A DNA stretch of 64,000 nucleotides from an uncultured bacterium (lineage in GTDB: Bacteria; Hydrothermota; UBA3073; NMUJ01; CBEVQO01). Below are positions 28,433 through 39,339 of this stretch, piece by piece; within the stretch, counting starts at the first letter, position 1, and each line of letters opens with the position of its first letter. The position numbers were made by a program, and so were the translations under genes. Location of the stretch: assembly GCA_965552055.1 (NCBI GenBank), contig CBEVQO010000006.1, positions 70,394-134,393 of the forward strand. Reading direction: 5' to 3'. A model generated the notes under the pieces. That model saw nothing but the letters and a program-made list of their open reading frames with translations, was not told where the DNA came from and made no database searches.

Positions 28433-29898
28433 CCTTTCCTCGCAACCTCTGAAAAATGTATTACCATCTCCTGCAGGGATATTCCACCATGTTGAAATGT
28501 GCCTTTATACCTTTGTGTATATTCTCTCTCTTTCGTCGGGAAAATCAAATAATTTATGGATTTAGCGATGGCTATCTGTGCTCCTCTCATTATGCCATAT
28601 TCTTCCGGATGCTTTATCAAAAGAACCGCTCTTTCATCGCATTCCAGTTTTTTATCTATTTTAAACCTTATTTGAGGCGAAGGATGCAAACCGGTTTTTA
28701 TTATCTGCGCTTTACGCACAATTATAGAACCATGGTCTGTCGTAACAAATATTTTCCTACCGGTCTCCCCCATCTTTTTGAATAATTCAAAAATTAAAGA
28801 ATTTTCGAACCACACTTTTGTTAGGTTCCTCAAAGCTTTTTCATCGGGTGCAAGCTCCTCAAGAATCCTTTCGCCCTTTTTTGAATGCAAAAGAAAATCA
28901 AGAAACTGAATAACAATAGCTACCAAACTTTCCTTATATTTCGGTAAATCCTTTAGCAATCTCTCTGCATCTTCCCTCCTCCTTATCAATATGTAATTCG
29001 AATCTTCCCAATTTATTTTTAAAAGCTCATCTTCCGATAAATTCGGATAAAGATTTTCTATTTTTAGTGGCATCATTCCTGCAAATATTGCTCTCCTTGA
29101 ATACTGAGTCGCACTGGGCAAAATCGCACAACAATACCTGTCTTCAATGTAAAATTCCTCTTTTAAAACTTTCTTTATAGCAAACCACTGATCTAATCGC
29201 ATACAATCAAAAACTATAAGATAAATTTTCTCTCCTTGTTTTAACAAAGGTAAAATAAATCTTTTCAAAATATCCTTCGTCATAATTGGAGCATTTTCTC
29301 CTCTTAGCCACATTAAATAATTTTCTTCAACAAATTCAGAAAAATAATCTTCACATAACCTGATTAAATCTCTATGTATTTGATGCATTTCAGGATAATT
29401 CTCAAATTCAATGTCCCACCTTATAAGTTCAAGATAAATTTTTACCCACTCTGAAAAATCTCCTGCTTTTTCTATTTTTTCCTTTATTTCGCCATAAAAA
29501 GCAGAATATTCTCTTGGCAAATTTTCTCTCTTTATCTCTTCCATTTCAATCAATTTTTTTATCGTAGCGAGTAACTGCTGAAACTTTATTGGTTTAACCA
29601 AAAAATCATTTACTCCATACCTGTAGGCATCATCTATTAGTTTTTCGTCTTCGCTTTTCGTAAGCATTATCACAGGAGTTGCTTCTGTGAGCTCCCTGAT
29701 CTCTGACACTGTTTCAATACCTGACTTACCCGGCATTATCTGATCGACTATTATTAAATCATAAGTCCTTTTAGAAAGTAATTTAAGCCCATCATAAGCA
29801 CTAGCAATACCCGTTACATCGTATCCCCTTTCTTTAAGTAAATTAATTAAAGGTTTCAAAGTATCTATCTCATCATCTATCCACAAGATTTTTTTCAT
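28429..29898 (-). CDS. PorX-like response regulator (receiver + PglZ domain)
   Basis: ILWIDDEID, TKSEDE, DCMRLDQW, LPSATQYSR, TTDHG, TFQHGGISLQEM. Confidence 0.85.
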   Translation of the reverse strand: MKKILWIDDEIDTLKPLINLLKERGYDVTGIASAYDGLKLLSKRTYDLIIVDQIMPGKSGIETVSEIRELTEATPVIMLTKSEDEKLIDDAYRYGVNDFLVKPIKFQQLLATIKKLIEMEEIKRENLPREYSAFYGEIKEKIEKAGDFSEWVKIYLELIRWDIEFENYPEMHQIHRDLIRLCEDYFSEFVEENYLMWLRGENAPIMTKDILKRFILPLLKQGEKIYLIVFDCMRLDQWFAIKKVLKEEFYIEDRYCCAILPSATQYSRRAIFAGMMPLKIENLYPNLSEDELLKINWEDSNYILIRRREDAERLLKDLPKYKESLVAIVIQFLDFLLHSKKGERILEELAPDEKALRNLTKVWFENSLIFELFKKMGETGRKIFVTTDHGSIIVRKAQIIKTGLHPSPQIRFKIDKKLECDERAVLLIKHPEEYGIMRGAQIAIAKSINYLIFPTKEREYTQRYKGTFQHGGISLQEMVIHFSEVARKG

Positions 29899-30947
29899 CT
29901 CGGTATTACAATTTTAAACTTCGCAGGTTTCGATTTCTCAAGTATTATCTTGCCGTGATGATATTCCACTATCCTCTTTGTAAGTGTTAATCCCAAGCCC
30001 CATCCGTGTTCTTTTGTGGAAAAACCAGGTGAGAAAATCCTTTTGCCATCTTTTATCCCGATACCATTATCCTCAACGGTTATCTCAACTTTGCCATCGT
30101 GTTCAATGCAATCTATTTTGATAACATCTGCTTTGGCATCGAGTGAATTTTTTAAAATATTTTCAAGCCCCCATTTTAACAGCTCTTTGTCTACTCTCGC
30201 TTTAACATCATCACATTTTAACAAAAATTTGACATTCCCGGGACTCCTCTTTCTCATATAATCGATGATTTCCGATAAAATGTTTTTTAAATTTTCTTCT
30301 TTCAACCTTAACTTTGTACTTAATTTATTGAATCTCTCTGCAACTTTTGCGATTTTATCGAGGTCTTTTTCTATTTCTTTCCTTATTTTTTCATCCTGTA
30401 TTTGTGTGAGCCATGCATAAAGCGAAGATAGCGGTGTGCCCAGCTGATGTGCAGCTTCACGCAGTATACCGGAGTAAATGTGGTCTTCCTCTGTCCTTTT
30501 AAGAGTTCTAAACCAGATAAATCCTACGAATAGAAGGACAATCGCTATAGCAAGCTGTAAATACTCGGCAAAACGCATTATTTTCAAACTTCTTGGCTCA
30601 CCATAATAAATGTAAGATAAAACTTTGCCACCGTAAACTAATTTCACCGGTTTATTTATTTTCGCCAATTTTTTTAACATCGCACTATCCGGCTTTTCAA
30701 CATTTCTATAAGAAATTATATTACCTTTGGCATCTGTAACGATAACCGGAAAATCTATTTTCTTTATGATTTCATCGAAAATTATAGATGTCTCATTTAA
30801 CGGCTCTCTGCAAAATCTTCCGTAAATTCGTGTAAAAATATTTATCCTTTCTTCTATCTTCTGCATCATAAAATTAGAATAGATTAAAAATCCAGAAATC
30901 ACTATCAATGCACAGAGTATTACAAAAATTTTCAATCTCCCGTACAT
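29895..30947 (-). CDS. membrane sensor histidine kinase
   Basis: EAAHQLGTPLSSL, KNSLDA, DNGIG, GWGLGL. Confidence 0.92.
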   Translation of the reverse strand: MYGRLKIFVILCALIVISGFLIYSNFMMQKIEERINIFTRIYGRFCREPLNETSIIFDEIIKKIDFPVIVTDAKGNIISYRNVEKPDSAMLKKLAKINKPVKLVYGGKVLSYIYYGEPRSLKIMRFAEYLQLAIAIVLLFVGFIWFRTLKRTEEDHIYSGILREAAHQLGTPLSSLYAWLTQIQDEKIRKEIEKDLDKIAKVAERFNKLSTKLRLKEENLKNILSEIIDYMRKRSPGNVKFLLKCDDVKARVDKELLKWGLENILKNSLDAKADVIKIDCIEHDGKVEITVEDNGIGIKDGKRIFSPGFSTKEHGWGLGLTLTKRIVEYHHGKIILEKSKPAKFKIVIPR

Positions 30948-31390
30948 ACCATTGAATTTATTATCTTTACGAAGCGCTCGGCTTTCTCCTCGATAGGTAA
31001 ATCATTTTCAACATCTATTCTCATATTTATATGAGGCGAATTTAAAAAACCCATTTTCATTTTGGCAGATACCATCGCACTGAAAATATCGGTGTCTTCA
31101 TTAAAATCAATACTTACAGTTGGCTTTATATTTTTTATCTCCTTTTTCAATTTGAAGAACTGAGAAGAAAACGTTCTTAATTTTCCACGATAAACTATTA
31201 CTTTATCAAATAAATTATAAACATCTTTTGATAGGTCTCCTTCTTCGCAAAAAGCGATAAATTGTGAATTTGAGAAAAGATTCTTTAACCGCTTCAAAGA
31301 GCCAAAAATTTTATCAAATGTATTTTTGGGAATTATTACAAGAATTTTTTCCGGATGATTCAAAATCTGAAGGGGTCTAATTTTCTCCAT
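30932..31390 (-). CDS. hypothetical protein (resembles GT9 N-terminal domain)
   Basis: own promoter, operon position, KILVI..IDF pattern. Confidence 0.5.
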   Translation of the reverse strand: MEKIRPLQILNHPEKILVIIPKNTFDKIFGSLKRLKNLFSNSQFIAFCEEGDLSKDVYNLFDKVIVYRGKLRTFSSQFFKLKKEIKNIKPTVSIDFNEDTDIFSAMVSAKMKMGFLNSPHINMRIDVENDLPIEEKAERFVKIINSMVCTGD

Positions 31391-31395
31391 CCTAT

Positions 31396-31457
31396 ATTTT
31401 AAACAAAAAATTTCTATGTCAATATTTTTCTTGACATTTTTACATTCGAATTATAAT
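31396..31457. promoter_or_regulatory. back-to-back divergent promoters, both with 15-bp spacers
   Basis: - TTGACA(31422-31417)-N15-TAAAAT; + TTGACA(31431-31436)-N15-TATAAT. Confidence 0.7.
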
Positions 31458-31467
31458 ACATAAAGAT

Positions 31468-31710
31468 ATGAATGAAGAATTTCAAAAAGACCTTCTCCAA
31501 TTTCTTTATGCCAAATATCCAAATCATGCTACACCTTTTGAACTTGCTGATTTTTTTGCAGAAAAAAATGTAGACGCTGACACAGTATCTAAGACAGTTG
31601 AATATTTGAGAGAAAAAGGGTACATTATAAAACTATGGAACTTTAGTTTAAAAATTACAGCACAGGGTATAGATTACTTTTTAATAAGAAAATCGCTCGC
31701 AATTAGATGA
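31468..31710 (+). CDS. small winged-helix protein
   Basis: VEYLREKGYI..KITAQGID pattern; ATGA overlap with glyS. Confidence 0.6.
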   Translation: MNEEFQKDLLQFLYAKYPNHATPFELADFFAEKNVDADTVSKTVEYLREKGYIIKLWNFSLKITAQGIDYFLIRKSLAIR

Positions 31711-33770
31711 AAAAAAGTTTTTTGCTTGAGATAGGGACAGAGGAGTTGCCTTCTTCATTTTGTGAAGCAGGGGCAAAAACTCTTTGCAATATAATTACAG
31801 ATTTCTTAAAAGAAAATAAAGTAAATTTTGAAAAGTCAGATTATTTTTATACACCAAGAAGATTAACTTTATTAATCGAAGGACTTCCCGAAAAGCAACC
31901 CGATATTGAAGAAGAAATCGTGGGTCCACCTAAAAAAATCGCTTTCGACGAAAAGGGTAATCCAACACAGGCGTTACTCGGATTTATGAAAAAATATGGA
32001 ATTGACGAGAAAAATATAAAAATCGTAAAAAAAGGCAATAAAGAATTTGTAGCAGGAAAGGTAATCAGGAGAGGAAAAAATTTAAAAGAACTTTTTGAAG
32101 AAAATCTCCCCGATTTACTTAAAAAGCTGAAATTTCCCAAGGAAATGGACTGGGGTAAAGGGATAACTTTTGCACGCCCTGTAAGATGGATAGTATGTCT
32201 GCTTGATGAAAATATCATAAATTTTGAATTCGCAGGCGTTAAATCTGGAAAAATATCAAAAGGATTTAGATTCGCGGGAGATGTTGAGATAAATCATCCA
32301 TCTGAATATTTTGAAAAACTCAAAAAAGTAGGTGTGATAGTGAATCAAGAGGAAAGGAAAAAGAAAACTCTGGAACAAATTGAAAAAATATGCAGAGAAA
32401 ATGACCTGGAATGGGTAAGGGATGTAGAATTACTGGATGAAGTTGTAAATTTATGTGAGCATCCTGTTTGTCTTCTCGGTAAATTTGATGAAAAATTTTT
32501 GTCACTTCCATGTGAAGTTATAATTGCAGCTCTTAAAGAGCATCAGAGATATTTTGCACTCCAAAAAAATGGTAAATTGAAAAATTTCTTTATATGCGTA
32601 GCAAATGTGATTGAGGGTAATAAGGGGAAAATAATAGATGGACACGAGAGAGTATTAAAAGCACGCCTTCAGGATGCAGAATTTTATTATCAGGAAGATA
32701 CAAAAAGACCTTTATCTTCTTACATTGATGAACTTAAAGGAATGATATGGCAGACAAAACTCGGTAATATGTTTGAAAAGAAAGAGAGATTAAAAGAGAT
32801 AGCCCTTTATTTACAAAAATTTGTAGGCGGTGATATCGAAAAGATTAAAAGAGCATCAGACCTTTCTAAAACCGACCTTTTAACAAATATGATTAAAGAT
32901 GGAAAAGAATTCACAAAATTGGCAGGATTTATAGGTATGGAATATGCCAGAAAATCAGGTGAAGATGAAATAGTTTGTAAAGCAATTTTTGAACATTATT
33001 TGCCGAGATTCACTGGTGATTTGCTTCCCGAGACAAAAGAAGGAATATGTTTATCGCTCGCCGAACGCATAGACAACCTTATAGGTGCCTCCCTGCTTTC
33101 TAAACTGCCGACAGGAGCAGCTGACCCAATGGGAATAAGAAGAGGATTAACAGGTCTATTCACAATCTTAATCGAGAAAAAAATATCTTTGAGTTTAAAA
33201 GATATAATTAAAAAAGCGATTGAAATTTACAAAAGGAATTTCGAAAAACTTTTTGAAAAAAAGAAAGAAGAAAACCTTTTTAAATTTTTAAGTCAAAGAA
33301 TAGAGGCATTTTTTACTGAAAAAGGATATGATATCGACCTTGTTCGTTCGATGCTTATTTTTGATGATATTTATGGAATTTATTTGAGATTAGAGGCACT
33401 CACAAAACTAAAAGATAAAAAAGAATTCAATGATTTATTAATTCTTGCACGAAGAGTGCAAAATATCCTTGAGGGATACGATGAAAAGGAAAAACCAGAC
33501 CCATCTTTATTTATCGAAAAAGAAGAAAAAGAACTCGCAGATGCTGTTAATAGAATAGAAAAAGAATTTTACGATAATGTGAAAAATAAAGAATTTGATA
33601 AGGCGATGGAAAAGTTGTTGAGTATTGAAAAAGAAATTCATTCGTTTTTTGATAATGTACTCGTAATGACAGAAGATATGAAATTGCGTCTAAATAGAAT
33701 AAGGTTGCTTACACAGTTAAGCAAAATGTTTTGTGAAATCGCCGATTTCAGTAAGATAACACCAAGATGA
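31707..33770 (+). CDS. glyS: glycyl-tRNA synthetase beta subunit
   Basis: LLEIGTEELP, TPRRL, FARPVRW, HQRYF, ARLQDA. Confidence 0.96.
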   Translation: MKKSFLLEIGTEELPSSFCEAGAKTLCNIITDFLKENKVNFEKSDYFYTPRRLTLLIEGLPEKQPDIEEEIVGPPKKIAFDEKGNPTQALLGFMKKYGIDEKNIKIVKKGNKEFVAGKVIRRGKNLKELFEENLPDLLKKLKFPKEMDWGKGITFARPVRWIVCLLDENIINFEFAGVKSGKISKGFRFAGDVEINHPSEYFEKLKKVGVIVNQEERKKKTLEQIEKICRENDLEWVRDVELLDEVVNLCEHPVCLLGKFDEKFLSLPCEVIIAALKEHQRYFALQKNGKLKNFFICVANVIEGNKGKIIDGHERVLKARLQDAEFYYQEDTKRPLSSYIDELKGMIWQTKLGNMFEKKERLKEIALYLQKFVGGDIEKIKRASDLSKTDLLTNMIKDGKEFTKLAGFIGMEYARKSGEDEIVCKAIFEHYLPRFTGDLLPETKEGICLSLAERIDNLIGASLLSKLPTGAADPMGIRRGLTGLFTILIEKKISLSLKDIIKKAIEIYKRNFEKLFEKKKEENLFKFLSQRIEAFFTEKGYDIDLVRSMLIFDDIYGIYLRLEALTKLKDKKEFNDLLILARRVQNILEGYDEKEKPDPSLFIEKEEKELADAVNRIEKEFYDNVKNKEFDKAMEKLLSIEKEIHSFFDNVLVMTEDMKLRLNRIRLLTQLSKMFCEIADFSKITPR

Positions 33771-34828
33771 GAGTACTTTTTATTACACTTTCGGGACTCG
33801 GTGATACACTGATGCATGTTCCAATGATGGAAATTTTAAAGGCTAAAATGCCAGATGCCGAAACTCATGCTTTAACAAAGTTTATTGGCTCAAAAGAAGT
33901 TCTCGAAGGCAATCCTGCACTCGATAAAGTTATGCATTTTGACTTTGAGAGAGAAGGAGTTTTCGGCACTTTAAAATTTGTTAGTAAGTTAAGAAACTAT
34001 TATGATGTTACGATTACCTGTTATCCTGCGAATCGCATCCATTATAACCTTTTTCAGTTTTTGATGGGCGGGAAAATAAGATTAGCCCACTCTTATCGCC
34101 ACTGGAACATTCTAAATTGCTGGTTCTTAAATCACACAATAATGGAAGACGATAATTTACACAATGTCGATGAAAATATAAGGTTACTTAAATTTCTGGG
34201 AATAAATTATGACAATAGCGATAAAAAGTATGTGCCAAAAATTTATCTGTCAGAAGAAAATAAACAATTTGCCAAAAAGTATGTCGAAAAGTTAAGAAAT
34301 GGAAAATTGTTGATAGGAATGCATACATGGAGCACAGAATTTAAGAACATGCATAAAAAATGCTGGGGACAGGAGAAATTTGCAAAATTAATTGACCTTC
34401 TTTATGAAGAATTAAATGCGATTACTTTAATTTTTGAAGGTCCCAATGATAAAAAAGCAGTGGAATTTATAATGGAGAAGACGAGACATAAACCGCATGT
34501 GGTAAGAGATTTAAAGATAAAAGATATGGCGGCAATAATTCAGCAGTGTGACCTTTTCATAACGAATGATTCTGGTATAATGCATGTTGCAGAAGCAGTA
34601 GGTGCACCTTTATGCGTTATTTTCGGACCAACGAACCCTGCATGGTCAGGTCCTTATGCAGGCAAATTCAAAATCATAAGAAAAAATCTAAAATGTATGC
34701 CATGTTTCAGATATTCGCCTGAACCTTTAAAATGTAAAGTTTACGGAGATTTCAGATGCCTGAAAGACCTTGAAGTTGACTATGTCTTTGAAGAAGTAAA
34801 AAATTTCCTTGACGAAATGAAAAAATGA
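33767..34828 (+). CDS. glycosyltransferase family 9 (heptosyltransferase-like)
   Basis: GLGD, TNDSGIMHVA, IFGPT. Confidence 0.9.
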   Translation: MRVLFITLSGLGDTLMHVPMMEILKAKMPDAETHALTKFIGSKEVLEGNPALDKVMHFDFEREGVFGTLKFVSKLRNYYDVTITCYPANRIHYNLFQFLMGGKIRLAHSYRHWNILNCWFLNHTIMEDDNLHNVDENIRLLKFLGINYDNSDKKYVPKIYLSEENKQFAKKYVEKLRNGKLLIGMHTWSTEFKNMHKKCWGQEKFAKLIDLLYEELNAITLIFEGPNDKKAVEFIMEKTRHKPHVVRDLKIKDMAAIIQQCDLFITNDSGIMHVAEAVGAPLCVIFGPTNPAWSGPYAGKFKIIRKNLKCMPCFRYSPEPLKCKVYGDFRCLKDLEVDYVFEEVKNFLDEMKK

Positions 34829-34835
34829 TTAAGAT
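34809..34835 (+). promoter_or_regulatory. promoter TTGACG-N15-TAAGAT
   Basis: ATG 7 nt downstream. Confidence 0.5.
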
Positions 34836-34842
34836 TTAAGAT

Positions 34843-36480
34843 ATGATGGTGATGAGGAAAATAAGGAAAAGTGTTAAGTGGATGTTTTATGCTGTTGCGA
34901 TTGCTTTCATTGGATTTATTTTCTTAGAATGGGGGATGAATGTTCAGCGTTCTCTCGGCGTATCGATGCTTCAAAAAGGCATAGTTGGGCGAGTTAATAA
35001 AACCTATCTTTCGCTTACTGATTTCAGGAGGGTCGCAGACAAATATCGATGGACAAGAAATGCAGATATGCTTGCGTTCGAAGAAATGGTACAAAATGTA
35101 TTGATATCGGATCTAATAAGGAAAAGAGGGCTTGAAATGTCCGAAAAAGAGCTTAATGAATTTATAAGAGAAAATCCACCGCCAGAACTTTTAAGAGATA
35201 CATCATTCTGGTTACCAGATGGCTCTTTTGACTTCGAAAGATACAGAAATCTTATAACAAACCCGAATTTCCGGAGATTTTTTGAATATTATAAACAAAG
35301 AACGGCTTTCACATTACCAAGACAAATTTTAAGATTAGATGTACTCAACATGATAAGACCCGTAACTTTTGAAATCTATCCAGAATTTCTCGCAAACTAT
35401 ACAAAAATGAAGATAAAATACACAGAGTTAAATCTTGAAAAAATAGGGATAACTTATAGTGAAGAAGACCTTCGCAGATTTTTTGAAGAAAATAAAAAGA
35501 AGTTTACAATTCCTTTTAGGCAGAAAAAATATTATGTTTTCTTTGAAGTATCTCCAACTCATAGAGATACTATTGAGTTTTTAAGTACCCTGAAAGATGC
35601 TCTAAACGACGCAAAAAGGGGAGAAAGTTTTGATACACTTTCAGCAATGTATAATTGTGGATACATTGACACAGTATTTTCACCCGATGCTGGTACTCTC
35701 TGGAAGTTCGTTAAAAATCTGAAAGAAAATGAAATTGGTGGATATTATAACATCGGTCGCGATTATTACATTGCAAAAAGAAAAGGTAAAAGATTGCAGA
35801 TTTTACATTTCATTCTTATGCCTTCAGATGAAACATTTGAATCAATAAGAGAAGAAGTTGAAAGCTTTTACAATATAGCAAAAGAAGACTTTTTCCTCGC
35901 AGTACAGCAATTTAAAATGAAAGTCGAATCAACCTATTCTGACACTTTTGGAGGTTTTCTCATTCATTTCTCTGACAGAAAAGAAGGCAGATTAGTCGGT
36001 CCTGTTGAGACAGATTACGGTTTTTATCTAATATTACTCGGTAAAAGAGAAAAGAATATTGTTCCCTCCTTTGAAGAAATTAAAGCTAAAATTGAAAGTT
36101 TGTATGTATCAGAAATGTTCGCTGGCAAGCGCTTTATAATTTACAATGATTTTAAAAATGATTTCGATAAAGCATCAAAGAAATACGGAAAAGGAGTAAT
36201 AAAAACAGGCTGGATTAATATCAAAAATTGTCCGGAAGGGGAAAAGTTTTTCAAAAAAATCGTAAGATTAAAAGAAGGAGAATTATCTTTGCCTTTTGAA
36301 GTAAATCGCAAATTTTATATTGTAATGTGTCTTAAGAAAAAAGAACCTTCACAGGATGAGATAAAAGAAAACTTTCCAAAATTTCAAGCCCAGTATTTTG
36401 ACAAAATCAGGACGGAATTTTACAGAAACTGGCTTTTATCTTTGCGTAAACATGCTAAAATTGTAGATTATAGATGGTAA
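34843..36480 (+). CDS. PpiD/SurA-N-domain periplasmic chaperone
   Basis: N-terminal TM FIGFIFLEWGM, GSFDFERY, GPVETDYG, C-terminal KIVDYR. Confidence 0.75.
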   Translation: MMVMRKIRKSVKWMFYAVAIAFIGFIFLEWGMNVQRSLGVSMLQKGIVGRVNKTYLSLTDFRRVADKYRWTRNADMLAFEEMVQNVLISDLIRKRGLEMSEKELNEFIRENPPPELLRDTSFWLPDGSFDFERYRNLITNPNFRRFFEYYKQRTAFTLPRQILRLDVLNMIRPVTFEIYPEFLANYTKMKIKYTELNLEKIGITYSEEDLRRFFEENKKKFTIPFRQKKYYVFFEVSPTHRDTIEFLSTLKDALNDAKRGESFDTLSAMYNCGYIDTVFSPDAGTLWKFVKNLKENEIGGYYNIGRDYYIAKRKGKRLQILHFILMPSDETFESIREEVESFYNIAKEDFFLAVQQFKMKVESTYSDTFGGFLIHFSDRKEGRLVGPVETDYGFYLILLGKREKNIVPSFEEIKAKIESLYVSEMFAGKRFIIYNDFKNDFDKASKKYGKGVIKTGWINIKNCPEGEKFFKKIVRLKEGELSLPFEVNRKFYIVMCLKKKEPSQDEIKENFPKFQAQYFDKIRTEFYRNWLLSLRKHAKIVDYRW

Positions 36481-36848
36481 TAGAGAAGAAGATAAAATTG
36501 CGTGGTTCAAAAGGCGAAAAAGAATTAACCGCTGTATTTGATAGCGGCGCAACTTATTCCTGTATTCGCACTGAAATTGCTAAAGAACTCGATACCTTAC
36601 TTGCTTTAACTGAACCTATAAAATTTGTGACTGCTGAATCGGATAGGCAGATAAAAGCCGAAAGTCGGGTTTTACTTGATTTTTACATTAATGGATATAG
36701 ATTTTCGGACGAATTTATTGTAATTGAAAACTTATCAGAAGATGTTATAATCGGTGCAACAACGATGCAAAAATGGAGATTAAAACTTGATTTTGAAAAA
36801 GAAGAAGTAATAATTGACCCAAAAGTAACAAAATTAAGGTTATTATAA
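36474..36848 (+). CDS. retropepsin-like (clan AA) aspartic protease
   Basis: FDSGAT and VIIGA motifs, 124 aa. Confidence 0.8.
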   Translation: MVIEKKIKLRGSKGEKELTAVFDSGATYSCIRTEIAKELDTLLALTEPIKFVTAESDRQIKAESRVLLDFYINGYRFSDEFIVIENLSEDVIIGATTMQKWRLKLDFEKEEVIIDPKVTKLRLL

Positions 36849-38627
36849 TCCGAGTTGTTTCAGCTTTTTAGATGTGGGTATGCCGTTTTTATCCCATCCT
36901 CTTAACTCATAGTATCTGGATAACTTTTTTTCAAATTCTTCTTTGTCTATTATCCCGGGTTTTGCCTGTGGTACTTCCATCTTTTCTTCGAAGAAGCGCT
37001 GAGGGAGTGTATCGTCTTTGCGGGAGATACCTTCTCTAACTGCAAATAGCCGTGCAAGATTCCAGATTCTTTCCCCCATCTCAATGTAATCTTTTTCTGT
37101 TAGGTCAAATCCTGTTGCAAGATTTATAAGTTTAACCACATGGGCAGGTGTAAGTGGAACAAAGTCACACAATACTACAGAAAAACATGAACACCTTTCA
37201 TCCTGCACTTCTTTTACAAATTGTTCATAATTTTCTTTTAAAATGCCATAAAGTTCTGCACGGGGTGTCCAGCAGCGCTGATGACAGCCACCTCTATCTG
37301 CTGTGGCAAAAGCAATCGCCATACCCCAGGAAGCACGGGGGTCAACTCCAGCCAGCTCGAGTCCTTTCACATGGATTGCAAATTTATAAGAATCACCCCC
37401 TATTTTCTCACTCGCACGCTTAACACCATCAGCAAAAAGGTCTCCTATACCTTCTCTTTTACTTACCAGATCAATGAATTTAAGCAAACTTTCTGCATCA
37501 CCAAATCGTGGAGCATCTTTATCTTTTATCAAACCTTTTTCAACGCATTCCATCGCAAAACCAGCAACATTGCCCATAGAAATAGCATCAACACCCACAT
37601 CGTTACACATTATATGAGCCGAAGTTATATAGTCGAGGTCATAAATATCACAGTTTATACCGAGTAAAGCTACAGGTTCATATTCCGGTGCTTCGTATTT
37701 CTTACCTTTATAACTTGTTTTCTTAACTTCAGATATCTTTGTGCACTTTATCGGACAGGCAAAACAGGTTGTCCTTCCTTTGTCTATTCCTTTCATTAAA
37801 AGATATTCTGGAGCTGTCTCAACAATGCGATTGGAAAATTTACCACTATAATTGCGAACAGGAATTATACCGCTTTCAATTCCCTCCCATATGCATACCA
37901 TTGTACCAAAGATATGTCTTTTATGTTTTGTTGGATGAGTTTCAACATATTTATGAAGATTTTTCGCATATTCTGTAAACTCTTCTTTCTTATAAAGATT
38001 GGGACGCCATTTTCCCTGAGTTACGCAAATAGCTTTTAAATTTTTCGAACCCATCACTGCACCAGGTCCGCATCTACCAGCCTGACGCCCCTTATCAAAG
38101 CTTATACAGGCGAATCTGCAAAGCTTTTCACCTGCTACACCAATAACAGCTGTTGATACACCTTTGTGTCGCTCTTTCAAAATGTCATCAACTTCAAAAA
38201 TGTTTTTACCCCAGAGGTCACTCGCATCTTTTATCTCTACCTTGCCATCATCTATCAACAAATATACCGGTTTATCCGCTTTCCCTCTTATTATCAAAAA
38301 ATCTATTCCCTGTGATTTAAACTTTGCTCCAAAAAATCCTCCAACATAGCCATCTGTATGTATGCCTGTTAATGGTGATTTTGTAACGACACACAATCTT
38401 CCGGCAGTCGGCGTTATGGTATAAGTAAGGGGACCTGTAAGAAATATCAATGCGTTATCTTCCGATAACGGGTCTGTTCCTTCTTTTACTCTATCGTAAA
38501 GAAGTTTTATACCGAGTCCCTTTCCTCCGAGATATTTTTGTAGAATTTCTGTCTCCACATAAATTTCTTCTATTTTGCCCGATGATAAATCAACTTGCAG
38601 TCCCTTTCCTGCGTATGCGTAACTCAT
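36843..38627 (-). CDS. aor: aldehyde:ferredoxin oxidoreductase (tungstopterin family)
   Basis: KSPLTG, GAVMGSKNLKAI, CFACPIKC, HVKGLE, YYELRGWD. Confidence 0.93.
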   Translation of the reverse strand: MSYAYAGKGLQVDLSSGKIEEIYVETEILQKYLGGKGLGIKLLYDRVKEGTDPLSEDNALIFLTGPLTYTITPTAGRLCVVTKSPLTGIHTDGYVGGFFGAKFKSQGIDFLIIRGKADKPVYLLIDDGKVEIKDASDLWGKNIFEVDDILKERHKGVSTAVIGVAGEKLCRFACISFDKGRQAGRCGPGAVMGSKNLKAICVTQGKWRPNLYKKEEFTEYAKNLHKYVETHPTKHKRHIFGTMVCIWEGIESGIIPVRNYSGKFSNRIVETAPEYLLMKGIDKGRTTCFACPIKCTKISEVKKTSYKGKKYEAPEYEPVALLGINCDIYDLDYITSAHIMCNDVGVDAISMGNVAGFAMECVEKGLIKDKDAPRFGDAESLLKFIDLVSKREGIGDLFADGVKRASEKIGGDSYKFAIHVKGLELAGVDPRASWGMAIAFATADRGGCHQRCWTPRAELYGILKENYEQFVKEVQDERCSCFSVVLCDFVPLTPAHVVKLINLATGFDLTEKDYIEMGERIWNLARLFAVREGISRKDDTLPQRFFEEKMEVPQAKPGIIDKEEFEKKLSRYYELRGWDKNGIPTSKKLKQLGL

Positions 38628-39339
38628 TTTCAAGCACCTCCTTCATTGAATATAGACCAGGTTTTGCTTTCACAACAAATCTTATAGCCGGTAATGTGCC
38701 TCTTGCAAAAACTTCCCTTGCATGTACTTCATGGGTTATCGTGAGTGTTTCTGCACTTCCTGCAAAAATTATGGTGTGAACACCTCTTATATCCCCTGCT
38801 CTTACAGAATGAATGGGTATTTCTTTGCCTATCACTTCTTTCAATTTCAAAGCAGTACCACTTGGGGCATCACGCTTCGCTTTCCTGTGCATCTCTATTA
38901 TCTCAATGTCATAATCTTCCATAAGGTTTACAAGGTCTGGCAAAATCCTGAAAAGGATATTTATTCCGAGAGACATATTTGGCGATAATACAATTGGAAT
39001 TTCTTTTGCAGTTTCTTCAATTTCTTTCATTTCATCTTTCTTAAATCCTGTAGTTCCAATAACCATTGGTATTTTATATTCTTTTGTTTTATGAAGATGA
39101 GAAATTGTTGCCTCTGGAGTTGAGAATTCAACAAGGCAATCCATATTTTCCGTTACTTCTGATGTTAATTTCACATCGAGTTTGCCTATTCCCAGTATTT
39201 CTCCTATGTCCACTCCCAGTGATGGATTTTCGGGTGATGCTATAGCTGCCGTAAGCTTCATATCCTGTTCCTGTGCAATTATTTTCACAAGTGTGCTGCC
39301 CATTCTGCCTGTTGCACCAGATACTCCCACTCTTATCAT
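38590..39339 (-). CDS. dapB: 4-hydroxy-tetrahydrodipicolinate reductase
   Basis: GATGRMG, GTTG, KRDAPSGTA. Confidence 0.92.
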   Translation of the reverse strand: MIRVGVSGATGRMGSTLVKIIAQEQDMKLTAAIASPENPSLGVDIGEILGIGKLDVKLTSEVTENMDCLVEFSTPEATISHLHKTKEYKIPMVIGTTGFKKDEMKEIEETAKEIPIVLSPNMSLGINILFRILPDLVNLMEDYDIEIIEMHRKAKRDAPSGTALKLKEVIGKEIPIHSVRAGDIRGVHTIIFAGSAETLTITHEVHAREVFARGTLPAIRFVVKAKPGLYSMKEVLENELRIRRKGTAS

